64,000 nt of DNA from the human T2T-CHM13v2.0 reference genome, Homo sapiens (GCF_009914755.1 NC_060933.1), one strand, 5' to 3'; shown: positions 1 through 21,145, counted from the first letter of the stretch. Translations and numbers: made by a program. Notes: generated from the letters alone by a model not told the origin.

Positions 1-1313
1 GGAAAACTATCCCTGGATTGTGTTTGACAACGCTTTTGCAAGAAAGCATCCAGCTTGAGGAGTAGCTTACCTCAAACAGCCCTAATGATATGGCACAGCC
101 AGCTCACCAAGGAATGTACAAGCTGCATTTCCAAAGCTGCAAGACGAAACCAAATGACTACGTATGCCCTGGACAGAGTACGATTAGGAGGATATGAAGA
201 AAGCAAGCCTTGGCCAGTCGCGGTTGCTCGTGCCTGTAATCTCAGCGCTTTGGGAGGCCGAGGCAGGGGGATCATTTGAGGTTAGGAGTTCGAGACCAGC
301 CTGGTCAACACGGTGGAACCCCGTCTCTATTAAAAATACAAAAACTAGCCAGGCGAGATGGTGCACGCCCGTAATCCCAGCTGCTCCAGAGGCTGAAGCA
401 AGAGAATAGCTTGAACTTGGGAGCCAAGATCGTGCCACTGCACTCCAGCCTGGGCGACAAAGTGAGACTCCATCTCAAAAGAAAAAACAAAGGAAAAAAG
501 AAAGCAAGTCTTGGTTTGAGAAGAGCACGTTGACGAGGTGGGTCATAAACAGGAAAAGTCAAAGAAAAAGAAAACAGTCTGGGTGGGGCACAGTTGCTCA
601 TGCCTGTAATCCCAGCACTTTGGGAGGCCGAGGTGGGCAGATCACCTGAAGCCAGGAGTTTGAGACCAGTCTGCCCAGCGTGACAAAACTCCGTCTCTAC
701 TAAAAATACAAAAATTAGCTGGGTGTGGTGGTGCACACCTGAAGTCCCAGCTACTGGGGAGGCTGAGGTGGGAGGATCACCTGAGCCCAAGGAGGTCAAG
801 GCTGCAGTGAGCCATGATCACGCCACTGCACTCCAGCCTGGGCAACAGAGTGACACGCTGTCTCAAAGAAAATAAATAAATAAAGAAGACAGTGTGGAAG
901 GGGCCTGAGAAAAGTGTAGGATTTGGAAACGGAAGGAAGAAGAGAAGAGTGTGACCTCTTATTAAGTGCCTTCTGTACCTCCAATGGACCATAGCCTCTA
1001 CTAAAAAGTACTTGCATGTACTTTGAATGTATTTAGTCCTCATAGTAACCTTCTGAGGGCAGGTCCAAATCCATAATGTCTGCAATTCCAAGTTTCTGAA
1101 AGCTCTGAAAAAGTGGAAACACTTTTGTAACTTATTTGGTGGTGAAACCTAATTTATAATAACATGAGTATCCCACTCAGTGTGAATAGTAATACTTTTG
1201 CTGTGAAAAACACTAATGTGTTTGATATTTGCGGGCTGCCCTAGACTCCAGTTGGGTGTTGTGTAATTTATATACATGTACTTGCTGCCTTTCTAAAATC
1301 CAAAACATTCTGA

Positions 1314-1481
<168 letters not shown>

Positions 1482-1673
1482 TGAGTAGCTGGGACTATAG
1501 GCATGCGCCACCAGGCCCAGCTAATTTTTGTATTTTTAGTAGAGACGGGATTTCACCATGTTGGCCAGGATGGTCTCAATCTCTTGACCTCATGATCTGC
1601 CCACTTTGGCCTCCCAAAGTGCTGGGATTACAGGCGTGAGCCACTGCGCCTGGCCTGGCCTAGAGAGTTTTAA

Positions 1674-1943
<270 letters not shown>

Positions 1944-2808
1944 TAGCCTGCCTCGACCTCCCAAAGTGCCAGGATTACAGGTGTGTGCCACTACACCTGG
2001 CCTATTATTCCCACTTTACAAATGAGAAAGCTGAGGCTCAGTAAGGAAAGCAACACGTACTGGGCCACTGAGGTGTCAAATTTGATGTCAAAGTCGAAGA
2101 CTGCAGTCCTGGTTCAGTTTCAAATAAGGGACTGTGATGCCACGAAGCAGAACGAAGACTGAGCCTGGATCACAATGCAATGGCCTGGCTGGAGAGAAAG
2201 TTGCATGGGTCATTTATAGCTCACAGAGGCAAAGGTAACCTACCTAAGAATGGATCCAGAAGGCAAAAGGGACTGCCCTGCCCTCAAGAGATGTCGGTAT
2301 CTCCAGTGTGCTGGGAATGGGGCTCTAGGTAGGGCAAGATGCCTCGGCATGGTGGCTCTGAGATCTGAATCCAGAGATCCACAGCTGTGGATTAGCAAGC
2401 TACTCTGTTTCTCTATATGTTGGTTTCGCCTTCTACAATATGGAGCTAGTAATCATATTTGCCTCCTAGAGCTGACATCAATATTAAATAAAATATGTTT
2501 GAAATAATTGAGCATAGTGCCTGGAACATAGTGAGCCTTCAATGAACATTAGCTGTCACTATTATTACTCTCAAAGATGAGCATGCATACCTCTTGGGGA
2601 GTTCCAAGTCTCAGTATAGATGTGGTGAATATTCTTGGATTGGCAGTTTTACTTGTTTTCAAGTAATTTAAGTCTTTATCTTTTCCCCCATTAAAACTGG
2701 CACAGAATGAATATACTTAAAACTACTGAAACTTAAAAATAGTTGGGCCGGGCGTGGTGGCTCACGCCTGTAATCCCAGCTCTTTGGGAGGCCGAGGTGG
2801 GCGGATCA

Positions 2809-3407
<599 letters not shown>

Positions 3408-3974
3408 TTAAAAAAAGAAAAAAAAACTAAAATTTTAAAGACTGGCACAGATCTATTAGGGAATAGAGTGCAAAAGCACTTGAATAAAAATGAGATTTTA
3501 AGGACTTCCTAGCAGTTGGGGTTTGGGGGATATGGACTGATTGGGGGGAAGGTAGAGAGGCAGAGTTTACAAATAAACTCTCTCAGAGGACTTGTCTGCC
3601 CACTTTACTGAACTTGACCCAGGGTTATAGAGTTTGATGAGCTCTGTAAGCATAGGCAAATCAAAGTTCTGCAAATCTTCAGAACACTAATATTCATGGG
3701 CACTTTTGTCACATGTTTTAGGTCCTACGCTGGACATCAGGGCAGACACAGGTGTGACAAGCTCCCTGGGTTAATGGTGGGAACATAAATGTATAGAGAC
3801 AACATTAACAAGCACAGAACTCACTAAGTGCGATGAGGGGTGTTTGGAATTCTGTGAACACTTTGAAGGGCTTTGGGGAAAGAATAACTATCTCTGCAAA
3901 GGCAACAAGGAGTTGGGAAAATGTTGTAAAAAAAAAAAAACAACCCCCAAGCATGGTTGAGAGTACTTTCACTA

Positions 3975-4452
3975 GTCAGTGAGTCTCATCAGCAGCACCT
4001 GGAGAGCCTGTTCGAACACAAGTGGCTGGTCCCCATGCCCAGTGTTTCTGATTCAGTAGGTTTAAGATGGGGCCCAACGTTGGCATTTCTTTTCTTTCTT
4101 TTTTTTTGAGACGGAGTCTCACTCCGTCGCCCAGGCTGGAGGGCAGTGGCGTGACCTTAGCTCACTGCAACCTCCACCTCCCAGGTTCAAGTGATTCTCC
4201 TGCCTCAGCCTCCTGAGTGGCTGGGATTACAAGTGCCCGCCACCACCCAGACTAATTTTTGTAGAGATGGGGTTTCACCATGTTGGCCAGGCTGGTCTCA
4301 AACTCCTGATCTCAGGTGATCCGCCTGTCTCAGCCTCCCATAGTGCTGGGATTACAGGCGGGAGCCACTGTGCCCAGCCCACATTGGCATTTCTAACAAG
4401 CTCCCTGGTGATGCTGCTTCTCTGGCCCAGGGGCTGCACTATGAGAACCACT
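3975..4452. mobile_element. MER5A-like hAT element interrupted by an Alu
   Basis: ATCAGCAGCACCTGGAG...TTTCTGATTCAGTAGGT...GCATTTCTAACAAGCTCCC.GGTGATGCTG...GAGAACCACTG. Confidence 0.7.
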
Positions 4453-5874
4453 GAGCTGGATCAAGAGGAGGAGAAAGGACCTACCATGAGGTTGGGGAAA
4501 GGATGTGCAAAGACACAGAGGAGTGAGAAGGCCACAGGTGTTCAGAGGGCGATGAGCAAATCCGTGAGGCTCCAGCATGTGGGCTGCCAGGTGCCAGATG
4601 ATGGAGGGTTCATGTGCCAAGCCCAGGAGTTTGGACTGGATCCTGGAAGTGAAGGACGTCTAAAGGAGGTTCTTGTGGAGGGAAGAATACAAAAAGACTA
4701 GCAGTTCTGCAAGATCACTTTGGAGGACAGGTGGGGTGGGGAGGAGAAAATGGAGGCCAAAAGACTAGTTAGGAGGCTGTCACCACTAGTCTGTCAGATC
4801 CCACTAGCCTTGATCTTATGCTACCCAGAGTCCCAGGAGTAGGGAGAAATCAGAAACTCAGACAAGCAGCAGTTCCTGTAAAAGAGCAACCTGGACCACC
4901 ACTGAGTGGGCAGTAAGTAGTGAGCCCAGGAGCAAATACTTTATGTGTTTCACCTCTTCACATACTCCTCACAGCCTTGGGATCAGGTGTTCACATCAAA
5001 GCTCAGAGAAGTTCAGGAACCAGACCAAGGTTAGGATGCAGCCAGATTCAAACCCGGGTGAAACCCATTCTCTCTCCAGCACTCCGCATTTCCCCACAGT
5101 CTAGATTCTTTAGGAGCCTGCCCCATTATTTCAGGTGCTTTGAGGCTATGTGTGCTGTAGGCATATGTGTTGTGAGTGCTCAGTGTGTGTGTTGGGTGGG
5201 TGTGTGTTCCGGGTATGTGTGTGTCGTGTGTGCACGTCTAGGTGGGTGTGAGTATGCAGTGTCTGTGTTATGTCTGCTGGATACTGCTAGATAGTTGCCT
5301 CCCAATCCCCTCCTCTCCCTCTTGTCACTGAAGGTGAAAGAGTCTCTTTGGAAATATTCATGGGGACAGAGAGAGCCAGGAAGGGAGGACTTTCCCATGC
5401 ATTCAGTTTTTCCCATGATACATCAGGCAGTAAAGAAGAATGTCATCCTGACCATCGGCTTCCCTGACATAACGCTGAATAATTCTCAGACACTCGCAGG
5501 CCAGTTGAAGACAGCATAAAGCCAGCCCTGCAAAAATCCCGGGGACAATAGGAATAGTGGTGAGAACTTACTTGTTAGGTAGAGGTTTTTTTTTCGTGGA
5601 CTCAACTCAGGAACCAGCCAAAGGGAGAGATGTGAAATAATGAAAGAGGAAAGGATGGCAGGCCGGGAAGGACTCACTGACTTGGAGTAAGAAAAGCTGA
5701 GTTCGGCCAGGTGCAGTGGCGCACGCCTGTAATCCCAGCACTTTGGGAGGCCAAGGTAGGCAGATCATGAGGTCAAGAGATCGAGACCATCACCAACATG
5801 TGAAACCCCATCTCTACTAAAAATACAAAACTTAGCTGGGTGTGGTGGCGTGCGCCTGTAGTCCCAGCTACTCA

Positions 5875-6054
<180 letters not shown>

Positions 6055-6057
6055 TCA

Positions 6058-6309
<252 letters not shown>

Positions 6310-6945
6310 TCAGGACTCCCAGCAGCCACTTACTGCTGTGTGACCTTGGACAAATCCCTTCCCCTCTCTGGGCCTCAGTTTTCTCAACCAGTCAAATTCA
6401 GTAGATGGATTAGATTAAGCCCCTTTCCAGCTTTGATGTTCTGTGCTTTTTCCTTTTTAAATGCACCTGACTGTGACTTTTCCAGGAAAACATCAAACAT
6501 TTCAAAGGGCAAGCTTCTATGTTTGCCAGGCATCTTTTGTCACTCTTCGGCTGGCCTTGTCTACACTTCATGTTCAGGGGATTTTCTGTGATGCATGCGG
6601 TCTCTAATTTCTCGAGTTATATTTCCTTGTTTCTATGGGTTGACTGTTGCAGAAACAGGGCACTTTTTTTTTTAAACAAATATGCAGTCCCATGCCAACA
6701 GGAATATCCTGTTTACAGAAGCCTCCTTTTACAAGGTACCAGCTGTTTGAAAACATTTGTGTATTGCCACATAGAATAATCTCCCCATAAGCAACTATTT
6801 TTTTCCTAGTAACATCATTTTCTGCAATGCAATCATATAGTGGGAGAGAGCCCCTTAAAAAGCAAATATCCCACGTGCTTATCATGTTAATCTGGTTTCT
6901 TCCTCTCCTTCTATATTAGTTTTCTCAGGCTGCTGTGACAAAAGA

Positions 6946-7678
<733 letters not shown>

Positions 7679-7952
7679 CTACCTGAGTGCCCTAAACAAC
7701 AGAAATTTATTGTCTGACAACTCTGGAGACTAGAAGTACAAGATCAAGGTGTTGACAGGGTTGGTTCCTTCTGAGGGCTGTAAGGAAGAATCTGTTCCAT
7801 GCCTCTCCCCTTGCTCCTGGCAGTTGTCTGGTAACCTTTGCTGTTCCTTGACTTGTAGAAGCATCACCACAATTTCATCTTCACATGGCATTCTCCCTGT
7901 GTGCATGCCTGTGTCCAAATCTCCCTTTTATTTTATTTATTTATTTATTTAA

Positions 7953-8066
<114 letters not shown>

Positions 8067-8166
8067 TGAATAGCTGGGACTACAGGTACCCGCCACCATG
8101 CCTGGATAATTTTTTTTGTATTTTTAGTAGAGACGGGGTTTCACCGTGTTAGCCAGGATGGTCTCA

Positions 8167-8256
<90 letters not shown>

Positions 8257-8427
8257 TTATAAGAACACCAGTCATACTGGATTAGGGGCCACCCTACTCC
8301 AGTATCACCTCATTTCACTTAACAAATTATACCTGCAACAATGCTGTTTCCAAAGAAGGTCAAATTCTCAGGTACTGAGGTTAGGAGTTGGACATATGAA
8401 TTAGTGACATGTGAATTTGACATATGA

Positions 8428-9057
<630 letters not shown>

Positions 9058-10109
9058 TTTGACATATGAATTAGTGGGGGAAGAACACAAAACAGAACAC
9101 CTTTCCTCATCAACTTTTCTGTGAGGTGTGCGGTACTACCTTGGGGCTCAAGAAAATTCTGAATGTTCAGGTTCAGCGTCAACATAGGACTACCCTGTTC
9201 TTCACAGTAACAAAATCCTTTGCAGGAGTTTGCCGTGAGCAAGACTCTTCATATATATCCTCTCCTTAGATACAAATACCAGCTTCTGGAGGTGGGTTGC
9301 AAGGAGAGAGACAGATTGTCCAAGCTGGAGGATTCCAATAGTCTTGGATTTGAATCCCAAGTCAAACAATATTGGGTGAGGATTTTCTGATGATTATGCA
9401 AAAAGAAAACTAAAATCCCCCACATTTCTGACTAAGGAGGACAGCTAGTTAGATAGAAAGTGTTCCATTGTTAAACAGCTGTCTTCTTCAGCAATCACAC
9501 AGAAAGGAAAACACCTTAGAGTATATGGTAGCATATGCTTTTGGGGGAAAACAAAAGTATCATATGGCCAGGCACAGTGGTTCACAGGCATTTTGGGAGG
9601 CTCATGTGGGAGGATCACTTGAGCCCAGGAATTCAAGACTAGCCTGGGCAACGTAGTGAGATCTCATCTCTACAAAAATTAAAAAAATTAACCAGGTGTG
9701 GTTGTGCACGTCTGTAGTCCCAGCTACTCAGGAGGCTGAAGTAGGAGGATTGCTTGAGTCTGGAATGTTGAGGCTGCAGTGAGCCATGCACTGCCCTCCA
9801 GCCTGATTGACAAAGCAAGGCTCTGTCTCAAAAAACAAACAAACAAACACAGTATCATATGTGCGTTTTTAGAGATAAAAAGGTTACCACTCTCTAAGTG
9901 AGTGAAAACATTTAGGAGACACATTGAAGCCAGAAGTGCAATCTTTTGTTTACAAATAATTGTTGAGCACTTAGTATGTTTCAGATGTCTGCTAACTAGC
10001 TTTGAATATATACAGATTACCAAAAAAGAAAATAAGCCCACAACACCTTAAATAGTCCCCCCGTGTGACACAGGTATGCAGCCATGAGGAGTGCAACTAC
10101 AAGAAGAGT

Positions 10110-10562
10110 AGTTAACCATACCCGACCCAGAGGCTGCCGTGAAATCTATCACTGTTTTTGTACCAGCCACACTTCCCACAGGCTGCTTCTTGGTTTGACT
10201 GAGTGTGGCAGGCAATCCACAGCAGCCCTGTTCCTAGAGATGCTGGACTCCTGTGATAGGTGCCACTGGTTCAGGGACTCCCCAACACACCTGCTGAACT
10301 TTCTTTAGACTGAATGGCAGCCTAGGATGCCTCTACCCACGCTTCCTCCCTTATTGCCTTCACTTTGGGACAGAATTGCATCCACCTGCGGTCTGCCTCT
10401 TGCGACAACTCTACAGACAACTTATTTCCCTTTCCCACCCCTGGAGCTCCCTCAACTTCCCACTACTCCCTCCTGGTTTTCTCTCACAGGCATTTGTCCT
10501 AATGAAATCCCTGTGTGTTTAAACCCATCTTAGCATCTGCTTCTTGGAGGACCTGAACAAGA
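10110..10562 (+). mobile_element. LTR16-like ERVL LTR fragment
   Basis: 3' end resembles LTR16 (AAT.AAATCC...CCCATCTTAGCATCTGCTTCTTGGAGGACCTGAAC). 5' boundary is approximate. Confidence 0.5.
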
Positions 10563-10684
10563 GGTGACTAAGACTTAGTAGCTTCACAACCATGAGGAGA
10601 TATCACCTTGCATCCCTTAGGATAGTGATATCAATAAAAACAACAACAGAAAAGATCAACTGTTAGGCCGGGCGCGGTGGCTCA

Positions 10685-10996
<312 letters not shown>

Positions 10997-13532
10997 TTAA
11001 TGTCACTAAACTGTACATTAAAAATGACTAAAAGGTCAAGTGTGGTACCTCACGCCTGTAATCCGAGCACTTTGGGAGGCCGACACGGGTGGATTACCTG
11101 CAGTCAGGAGTTTGAGACCAGCCTGGCAAACGTGGCAAAACCCTATTTCTACTAAAAATACAACAATTAGCTGGGTATGGTGGCACACACCTGTAATCCC
11201 AGCTACTTGGGAGACTGAGGCATGAATATCACTTGAACCCGGGAGGCGGAGGTTGCAGTGAGCCAGGATTGCGCCACTGTACTCCAGCCTGGGCTATAGG
11301 GACTGTCTCAAAAAATAAAAATAAAAATGACTAAAGCAACTGGGTGCAGTGGCTCTCGCCTGTAATCCCAGCACTTTGGGAGGCGAAGGTGGGCAGATCA
11401 CCTGAGGTCTGGAGTTCAAGACCAGCCTGGCCAACATGGTGAAACCCCAGTCTCTACCAAAAATACAAAAAAATTAGCCAGGTGTGGTGACACGTGACTG
11501 TAGTCCCTTCTACTCAGGAGGATGAGGCACAAGAATCACTTGAGCCCGGGAGGCAGAAGTTGCAGTGAGCCGAGATCATGCCACTACACTCCAGCCTGGG
11601 CGACAGAGTGAGATTCTGTCAAAAAAAAAAAAAATGGTTAAAGTGACTCGGGAGGCTGCGGTGGGAGGATCACTTGAGCCCAGGGGGTCAAGAATGCAGT
11701 GAACTGTGTTGGTGCCACTGCACTCCAGCCTGTGTGATACAGTGAGATGCTGGCTGAAAAAAAAAAAAGAAAAGAAAAATAAATTAAAACAGAAAAATGA
11801 TTAAATGATAAATTTTTATGTTACATATATTTTACCACAAATAAAAAATGTTTTAAAAACAATAAAATTCTTGACTTTTGGAGAGTGACAAACTTGGAAG
11901 TCGGGAACCAGGAGGCAGTTTGGTTTGGGGTGGAGAGCCCTGGGCTTTTAGGTCAAGGGACACTGGTTTAAGGGAGTGATACGGTCAGAGCCTCTGTGTA
12001 GGCCAAGGAGTCCCTGATGTTGCCTCCAGGCTGCCGGACAGCTCACTGTGTCACCCTCATGAAGTGACTGCTCACATTTCTCTAGAAATAGGGAGCTCCC
12101 TCTGCCACCAAGCAGTGCTGACTTGTTAGAAATTTCCTCTTGAGGAGCTCCAGTGGCGCTTGGTTAGGGCATGGTACTTATGCAGAAAGGACCTCTTGAT
12201 ATGGAACCCAAGTTTGCATCGTTGTTCTGACCTTTGGGAACACTCAGGACAACTCTGTTTCCCTTCCCAGCCCTTCTCCATCTGCATGCCAATTGCTCCC
12301 TCACTCTACCCTCCTCCCAAAGGAATGCTGTTTACTCCAGGGACAAACAGCCCAAGGCAGGATTCCCAGCACCCCTTCATCCCTCTACCCAGCACCTGTC
12401 CATGGGTTGAAACACCCATGGATGAATGCCAAATCCTGTTGAAAAGTGCTTGGGGGTACCTGGATGAAAAGGCCAAAGAGGCGTAGGGCAGGGTGTTTAT
12501 TCTTCAAAAGACCTAAGTGGTCCAAAGGCCTGTGTTTGCCAGTTTACCACTTGAAAACCGAAACTAACCTAATCTTTTCACTGTCAAGATAGTCCGTGTT
12601 TATACCTCATTTCAAGGAGCTGCATGATTCACCAGACAGCTGATAGTGATCAGAAAACATGTTTAGTATTCGTTTACTACTTTATAAGCTTGTATTTTAG
12701 ACAACAGAGGGGTCAGAGGCCAGGTACAATGGCCCAGCACTTTGTGTAATCCCAGCACTTTGGGAGGCTGAGGCAGGCAGATCATCTGAGGTCAGGAGTT
12801 CGAGACCAGCCTGGGCAACATGGCAAAACCCCGTCTTTACTAAAAACACAAAAATTAGCTGGGCGTGGTGGCATATGCCTATAATCCCGGCTACTTGGGA
12901 GGCTGAGGCAGGAGAACCACTTAAACCTGGGAGACAGGGTTGCAGTGAGCAGAGATTGCACCACTGCACTCCAGCCTGGGCAACAGAGCAAGACTCTGTC
13001 TCAAAAAAAAAAAAACAAAAAACAAAAAGAGAGAGAGAGGGACAGAGAAAGGCAATGGCTCTTAGAAGATTTCCCCTAAGTGAACCATTTTGGTCATTTA
13101 AATACATCCTTTGTCCCCCACTATACCAAGAAAGCACTAGATGCCACATGCATACATGGCCAGGCTTTTCTATCTGGGAGTTTTTATTTGCAAAGAGATA
13201 AAATATAGACCTAGGCACAGGTCACAGTGGTTTGGCCAAATATCCAGAAGACAGAAAAGGAGAAGATACTTCCTTTCATACTTTCCTTTTAGCCTTTTAT
13301 CTTCAAACTGTGATTATGAGAAGTAGTTAGGGGCTTGGGCTTGTCAAGGAACCCAGGTTCAAATCCTAGCTTTTATATACCGTGGACAGGCTATACAATT
13401 GCTCTGTGCCTCAGTTTTCTTGTCGGTAAATTTGGGATAAAAATAGTGACTCCTGGCCGGGCTGGGTGGCTCACGCCTGTAATCCCAGCCTTTGGGAGGC
13501 CGAGGTGGGTGGATCATGAGGTCAGGAGTTCA

Positions 13533-13805
<273 letters not shown>

Positions 13806-14429
13806 TTACTGGAAATTTTCTGTGGGCTAGGCATCGTGCTAAATCATTTATATACGTTGTCTCATTTAATCCTCAAGCCCAGGATGATCTAATCCCAAAG
13901 CATATGATCTTAACCACAGTGTGACACCTCATTTTATTAATTGAGGGATGCTTGTTAAAAAAAAAAAAAAAAGTAAGCCCAGCCTCAGTACAATAAGTTG
14001 CAGCATTTCCCTTCTACATGTGGCATGTGGACCTGAGGTTCAGAGAGATTAAACAAAGCTCTCTAGAGTCACAATGCCAGGAGATAATAAAGCCGGGGCT
14101 TAGCACTGGATCTTTCCTCCCCAAACACAAACAAAGTGTGCAAAGGCACAGAAGAGACTATCAGGCAGGGAGGAGGGGCTTTGAGCCAGACTTTAAAAGA
14201 GGAAAGGAGAGGGAAGAGGGGCAGGGAGGCATTCCAGGCAGGAGACTAGAGCATGGTTAAAGTCCTAGAGACATGGAAGTGCAGGGTGAATCAGAGTTCC
14301 GGAAATGGCACACAGGGGAGTGGGCTTGGCTAGGGATGTGGGAGCCAGGTGGGAGGGTATCCTAGGCCAGGTCACGGATACCTCTGAATGCCAGGCCAAG
14401 ATACATCTGAACATTCACAGATCTTACCA

Positions 14430-15812
<1,383 letters not shown>

Positions 15813-15919
15813 TGAGGTCGGGAATTCAAGACCAGCCTGGCCAACATGACAAAACCCCATCTCTACTAAAAATATAAAAATTATCCGGGCGTGGTGGCCC
15901 ATGCCTGTAGTCCCAACTA

Positions 15920-16078
<159 letters not shown>

Positions 16079-16597
16079 TTACAAATACACTTGGAGTAAA
16101 CCCATTATAAAATAAAGGGAATGCAAACACATGGGGCCATGGGGGGTAGTCTGGGGTGGTCTTCGAGGGATGAGTTAGGAAGGACTCACCCCAGTGGATG
16201 CAATAACACTAGGAATGTTCTAATCCTTAACTTGGGTAGTGATTTATATGTATTCATCTTTTATTATATAAAAACATATAATTTATATATTTTTTATCTA
16301 AAAGCATATATACTCAACTTACATATGTAGTACATGTAACTTTTGTATGCATTATATTTATATTGCCTCCTAATACTAATTTATTTATTTATTTTAATTT
16401 TATTTTTTATTTTTTTAAATTTTAAATAGAGACAGTGTCTTGCCACGTTACTTAGGTTGGTCTCGAACTCCTAGCCTCAAGTGATCCTCCCACCTCATCC
16501 TCCCAAAGTGCTTGGATTATACCATGCCCGGCCACAATTTTTTTTTTTTTTTTTAGTGTAGAGGACTCTAGTAGAAATGCTCAAATGAATTAAATGA

Positions 16598-16933
<336 letters not shown>

Positions 16934-18998
16934 TGAGAATACAACAAGGTCACTGGAGCAATTCTATTAGATATGTAATACTGTTTCAATCTTTCATTCA
17001 TTCAGCACCCATTCTCAGTTCCTCTATGTTCCAGAGATTTGGAGATAAAGAATTGGTCCTTGCTCTAGAGGAGCTCAAAGTGTTGGGACAGGTGTGAAAT
17101 GTAGGAACCCAGAAATATCAAGTAGAGCAAAGCCATGCAATTAGCTCCTGGCTCCTCTGGGCCTTGGATGGTGGCCCCAGGTATGTGCTGTAGAGGAGGC
17201 CACGGTTGGCAGGGGTGGAGCTGGTTTCATCACTGGCAGATGTTGTCTTCTGTGCAGGGCCCCCTGTTGCTCTCTGCCCAGGTGAAGGCACCATCACACT
17301 GTTACACTTCCGCCAACCCACTATCGAGTGACTGTTTGCAGTCTGACTTCTTGACTTCTAGCTAGTGTGCATCCTCCCATACCCTCCCACCCCCAGTGCC
17401 CTGCACAGGACTTGGCAAGTCAGTGTTTGTTGGCTGTGTGAGGCTGTCAGAGTGTCCTGATATTGACCTTATATTTATCAGCTGCTTTGACCACTATGCA
17501 GAGTGTGCTGCTTCACACTGGGCTTTATGCTGGGAATATAAGACACAGCTCCAGTCCTCAAGGAGGGCTCACAATTTAGTCATGCCTCTCAGTGCCAGCC
17601 TGTTCCTCTCCTCAAACACTTAGGTCATTTTAAAACCCACTGGAAAACTAGATGTGGTCACAGGCACCTGTAGTCCCTGCTACATGGGAGGCTGAGGTAA
17701 GAGGATGGCTTGAGCCCAGGAGTTCAAGACAGTAGTGAGCTATGACCATGCCTGTGAATAGCCACAGCACTACAGCCTGGGCAACGTAGCAAGATCCCAT
17801 CTCTTAATTTTAAAAAACCCTCTGAAAAATAAAGACATTATATTTTTCTTGTGAATCATGTATAAGATGATGAATCAAGTATCATTCCTTTTCTTCATCT
17901 TAAAACAACCTCTTTCTCATCTGTCTTGCAGTGAGCTCTTCTCCAGAAGTTGGAGTTAAATCTTAGGGTTTCTGCAGCACCGTGTGTTGCTGAGTGCTGG
18001 CGCACACCTGTAATCCCAGATACACCTTGCATGGAGTGACTTATTCACATGTAGGTTCTCCCTGCTGGAATCGATCCTTTTGAGAACAGAGACACATCCT
18101 TTATCTCCAACGTTGCCAGAGCCTGGCACAGTGGTGCTGCTCAAGCAGGAGCTGTTGAATGTCTGAAGGAAAGAAATTGTTTCTTGATTTTGATCATACA
18201 TCTCTCCTCTCAGGCTTTGCCCTTCGAAACCCCAAAGCCCTAATATCCTCCGTGAGCTGCCTGTGTGTGCTGTACCTCGCAGCATCTCAAAAGAGGCCTA
18301 AAGCCACATTCTGTAGTCAGGGTGTGTGTATGCATGTGGGTAAAGATGCACAAACACGCACTCCGGTTATTCTGGTTACACAGCATCGCACTGAAAACCC
18401 CACAGTATCAGGCTGTTCTCATTTAAGTGCTTAAAAACAACAACCCCTTCCATTCACTCAAAAGTGCTTCATGATTTCCAAAGTGCTTCCACGTCCATTC
18501 ACTCAGCTCAAAACTCACGGCCACCTTAGGAGGTGAGTAGGGCTCATTCCTTTCATTTTACAAATAGGGAAACCGAAGCTCAGAGAGGGAAACTATTTTG
18601 GCCAAACTCAAACAGCTCCACGTCTTCCAGTCCCAAAGTCAGAGACTTCCTGGCACATAGTGACGGGTTGGTATAGGAAACTACATGGTGCTTAGTTTCT
18701 GTCCAGGGATGAAGTTGCATTGCTCTCATGCCCTGGCTTGTTACTAAGACTGGGGTCAGAAGCTTGTTTCTCAGGCTGAGCTGAATGGGAAATAAAAACT
18801 TCACAGTAGAAAAGCAGTGCTCCGGCCGGGCGCGGTGGCTCATGCCTGTAATCCCAGCACTTTGGGAGGCTGAGGTGGGTGAATCACAACGTCAAGAGTT
18901 CAAGACTAGCCCGGCCAACATGATGAAACCCTGTCTCTACTGAAAATACAATAAATTAGCCAGGTGTAGTGGTGGGTGCCTGTAATCCCAGCTACTCA

Positions 18999-19166
<168 letters not shown>

Positions 19167-19909
19167 TCAGAGCCTCCACTCAGTATGGCTTTATAGTAGG
19201 CAGTCTTATTTCTGAATTAACTTAGCTATGTGTCCTTCCTCCAACGATTCGCAGAGGAGACACCTGACCCAGCCTGGGGTAGGAGTGCTGGGTATTGGTA
19301 AGAGAAGCTTCTAGAGGAATGAAAGCCTGAGCTACTCAGCTCAAGGATGAGTGGCCATTAGCCAGGCATGGGGTACAGTGAGTGAGGATACACAGAGGTC
19401 AGGCAGGGAGAAGGACATTAACCTAGGGAAAGAGCTTAAGTGAAGATAGACTTCATGTCTACACATCCACCTTCATGATTTTCACTCCATAAGATTGCCA
19501 CCTATACGATATTTATGTAATATTCGTATTGGACTATATTTAAAATTTAAATATAATTAAATAAAAAAGACATAGTAGGTTGGGTGTGGTGGCTCACTCC
19601 TGTAATCCCGACACTTTGGGAGGCCGAGGTGATGGATCACCTGAGGTCAGGAGTTCAAGACCAGCCTAACCAACATGGAGAAACCCCATCTCTACTAAAG
19701 CCAGGTGTGGTGGCGGGCATCTGTAATCCTCAGGAGTCTGAGGCAGGAGAATTGCTTGAACCCAGGAGGCGGAGGTTGCTGTGAGCCGAGATCACGCCAC
19801 TGCACTCCAGCCTGGGCGACAAGAGCAAAACATCGTCTCAAAAAAAAAAACAAAAACAAACAAAAAAACCCACATAGCACATCATGGGTTTGCTTGCTGC
19901 TTTTTTCTA

Positions 19910-20257
<348 letters not shown>

Positions 20258-20482
20258 TCAAGTGAAAAAACAGTCATCCTTTTATTCCCACAAAATCCTC
20301 TGGTATATCCAGGTAGAATGAGTACCACATTTGGGAATCTGTAAACAAAGGCACAGCGATGAGTAAGAGTGTGGGGGTGATGGGGCTGTTGAGAAAGCAG
20401 CGGGAAACGGCAAGAGGGTGGGCAGGAGTGGTGGCTCATGCCCGTAATCCCAGCAGTTTGGGAGGCCGAGGCAGGCAGTTCA

Positions 20483-20803
<321 letters not shown>

Positions 20804-21145
20804 TCAGGCTGGATCATCTCAGAGTCGTGGAGAGACAGCCACTGAAAGGCTGTGCTATGAACAGGTCACAAGGCCAGAGAAAGCCAGGACTTCTTTCCTG
20901 TGGCTCAGGCTGTACTTTGAAGATCTAGACCTCAATTATCAGGAAGCCTTGAGGAGGCAGATTTCTAACCTAGAACGAGGCTTTGAATCAGAAAACCATC
21001 ATCCTGACACCTACATGACTGTGGGCAAGTCATATGACTACCTGTGGCCTCAAGTATGCTGTCTGTGAACTGGACGCATACCAAGGCACCTGGGCGGGAC
21101 CTGGAGGTTGTGGGCTCCAAGTCTCTTTGCCCACTTCCCTCTAGA

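Noticed and set aside
5140-5275. TG-rich stretch
   Set aside because: Degenerate (TG)n low-complexity sequence with no higher-order structure.
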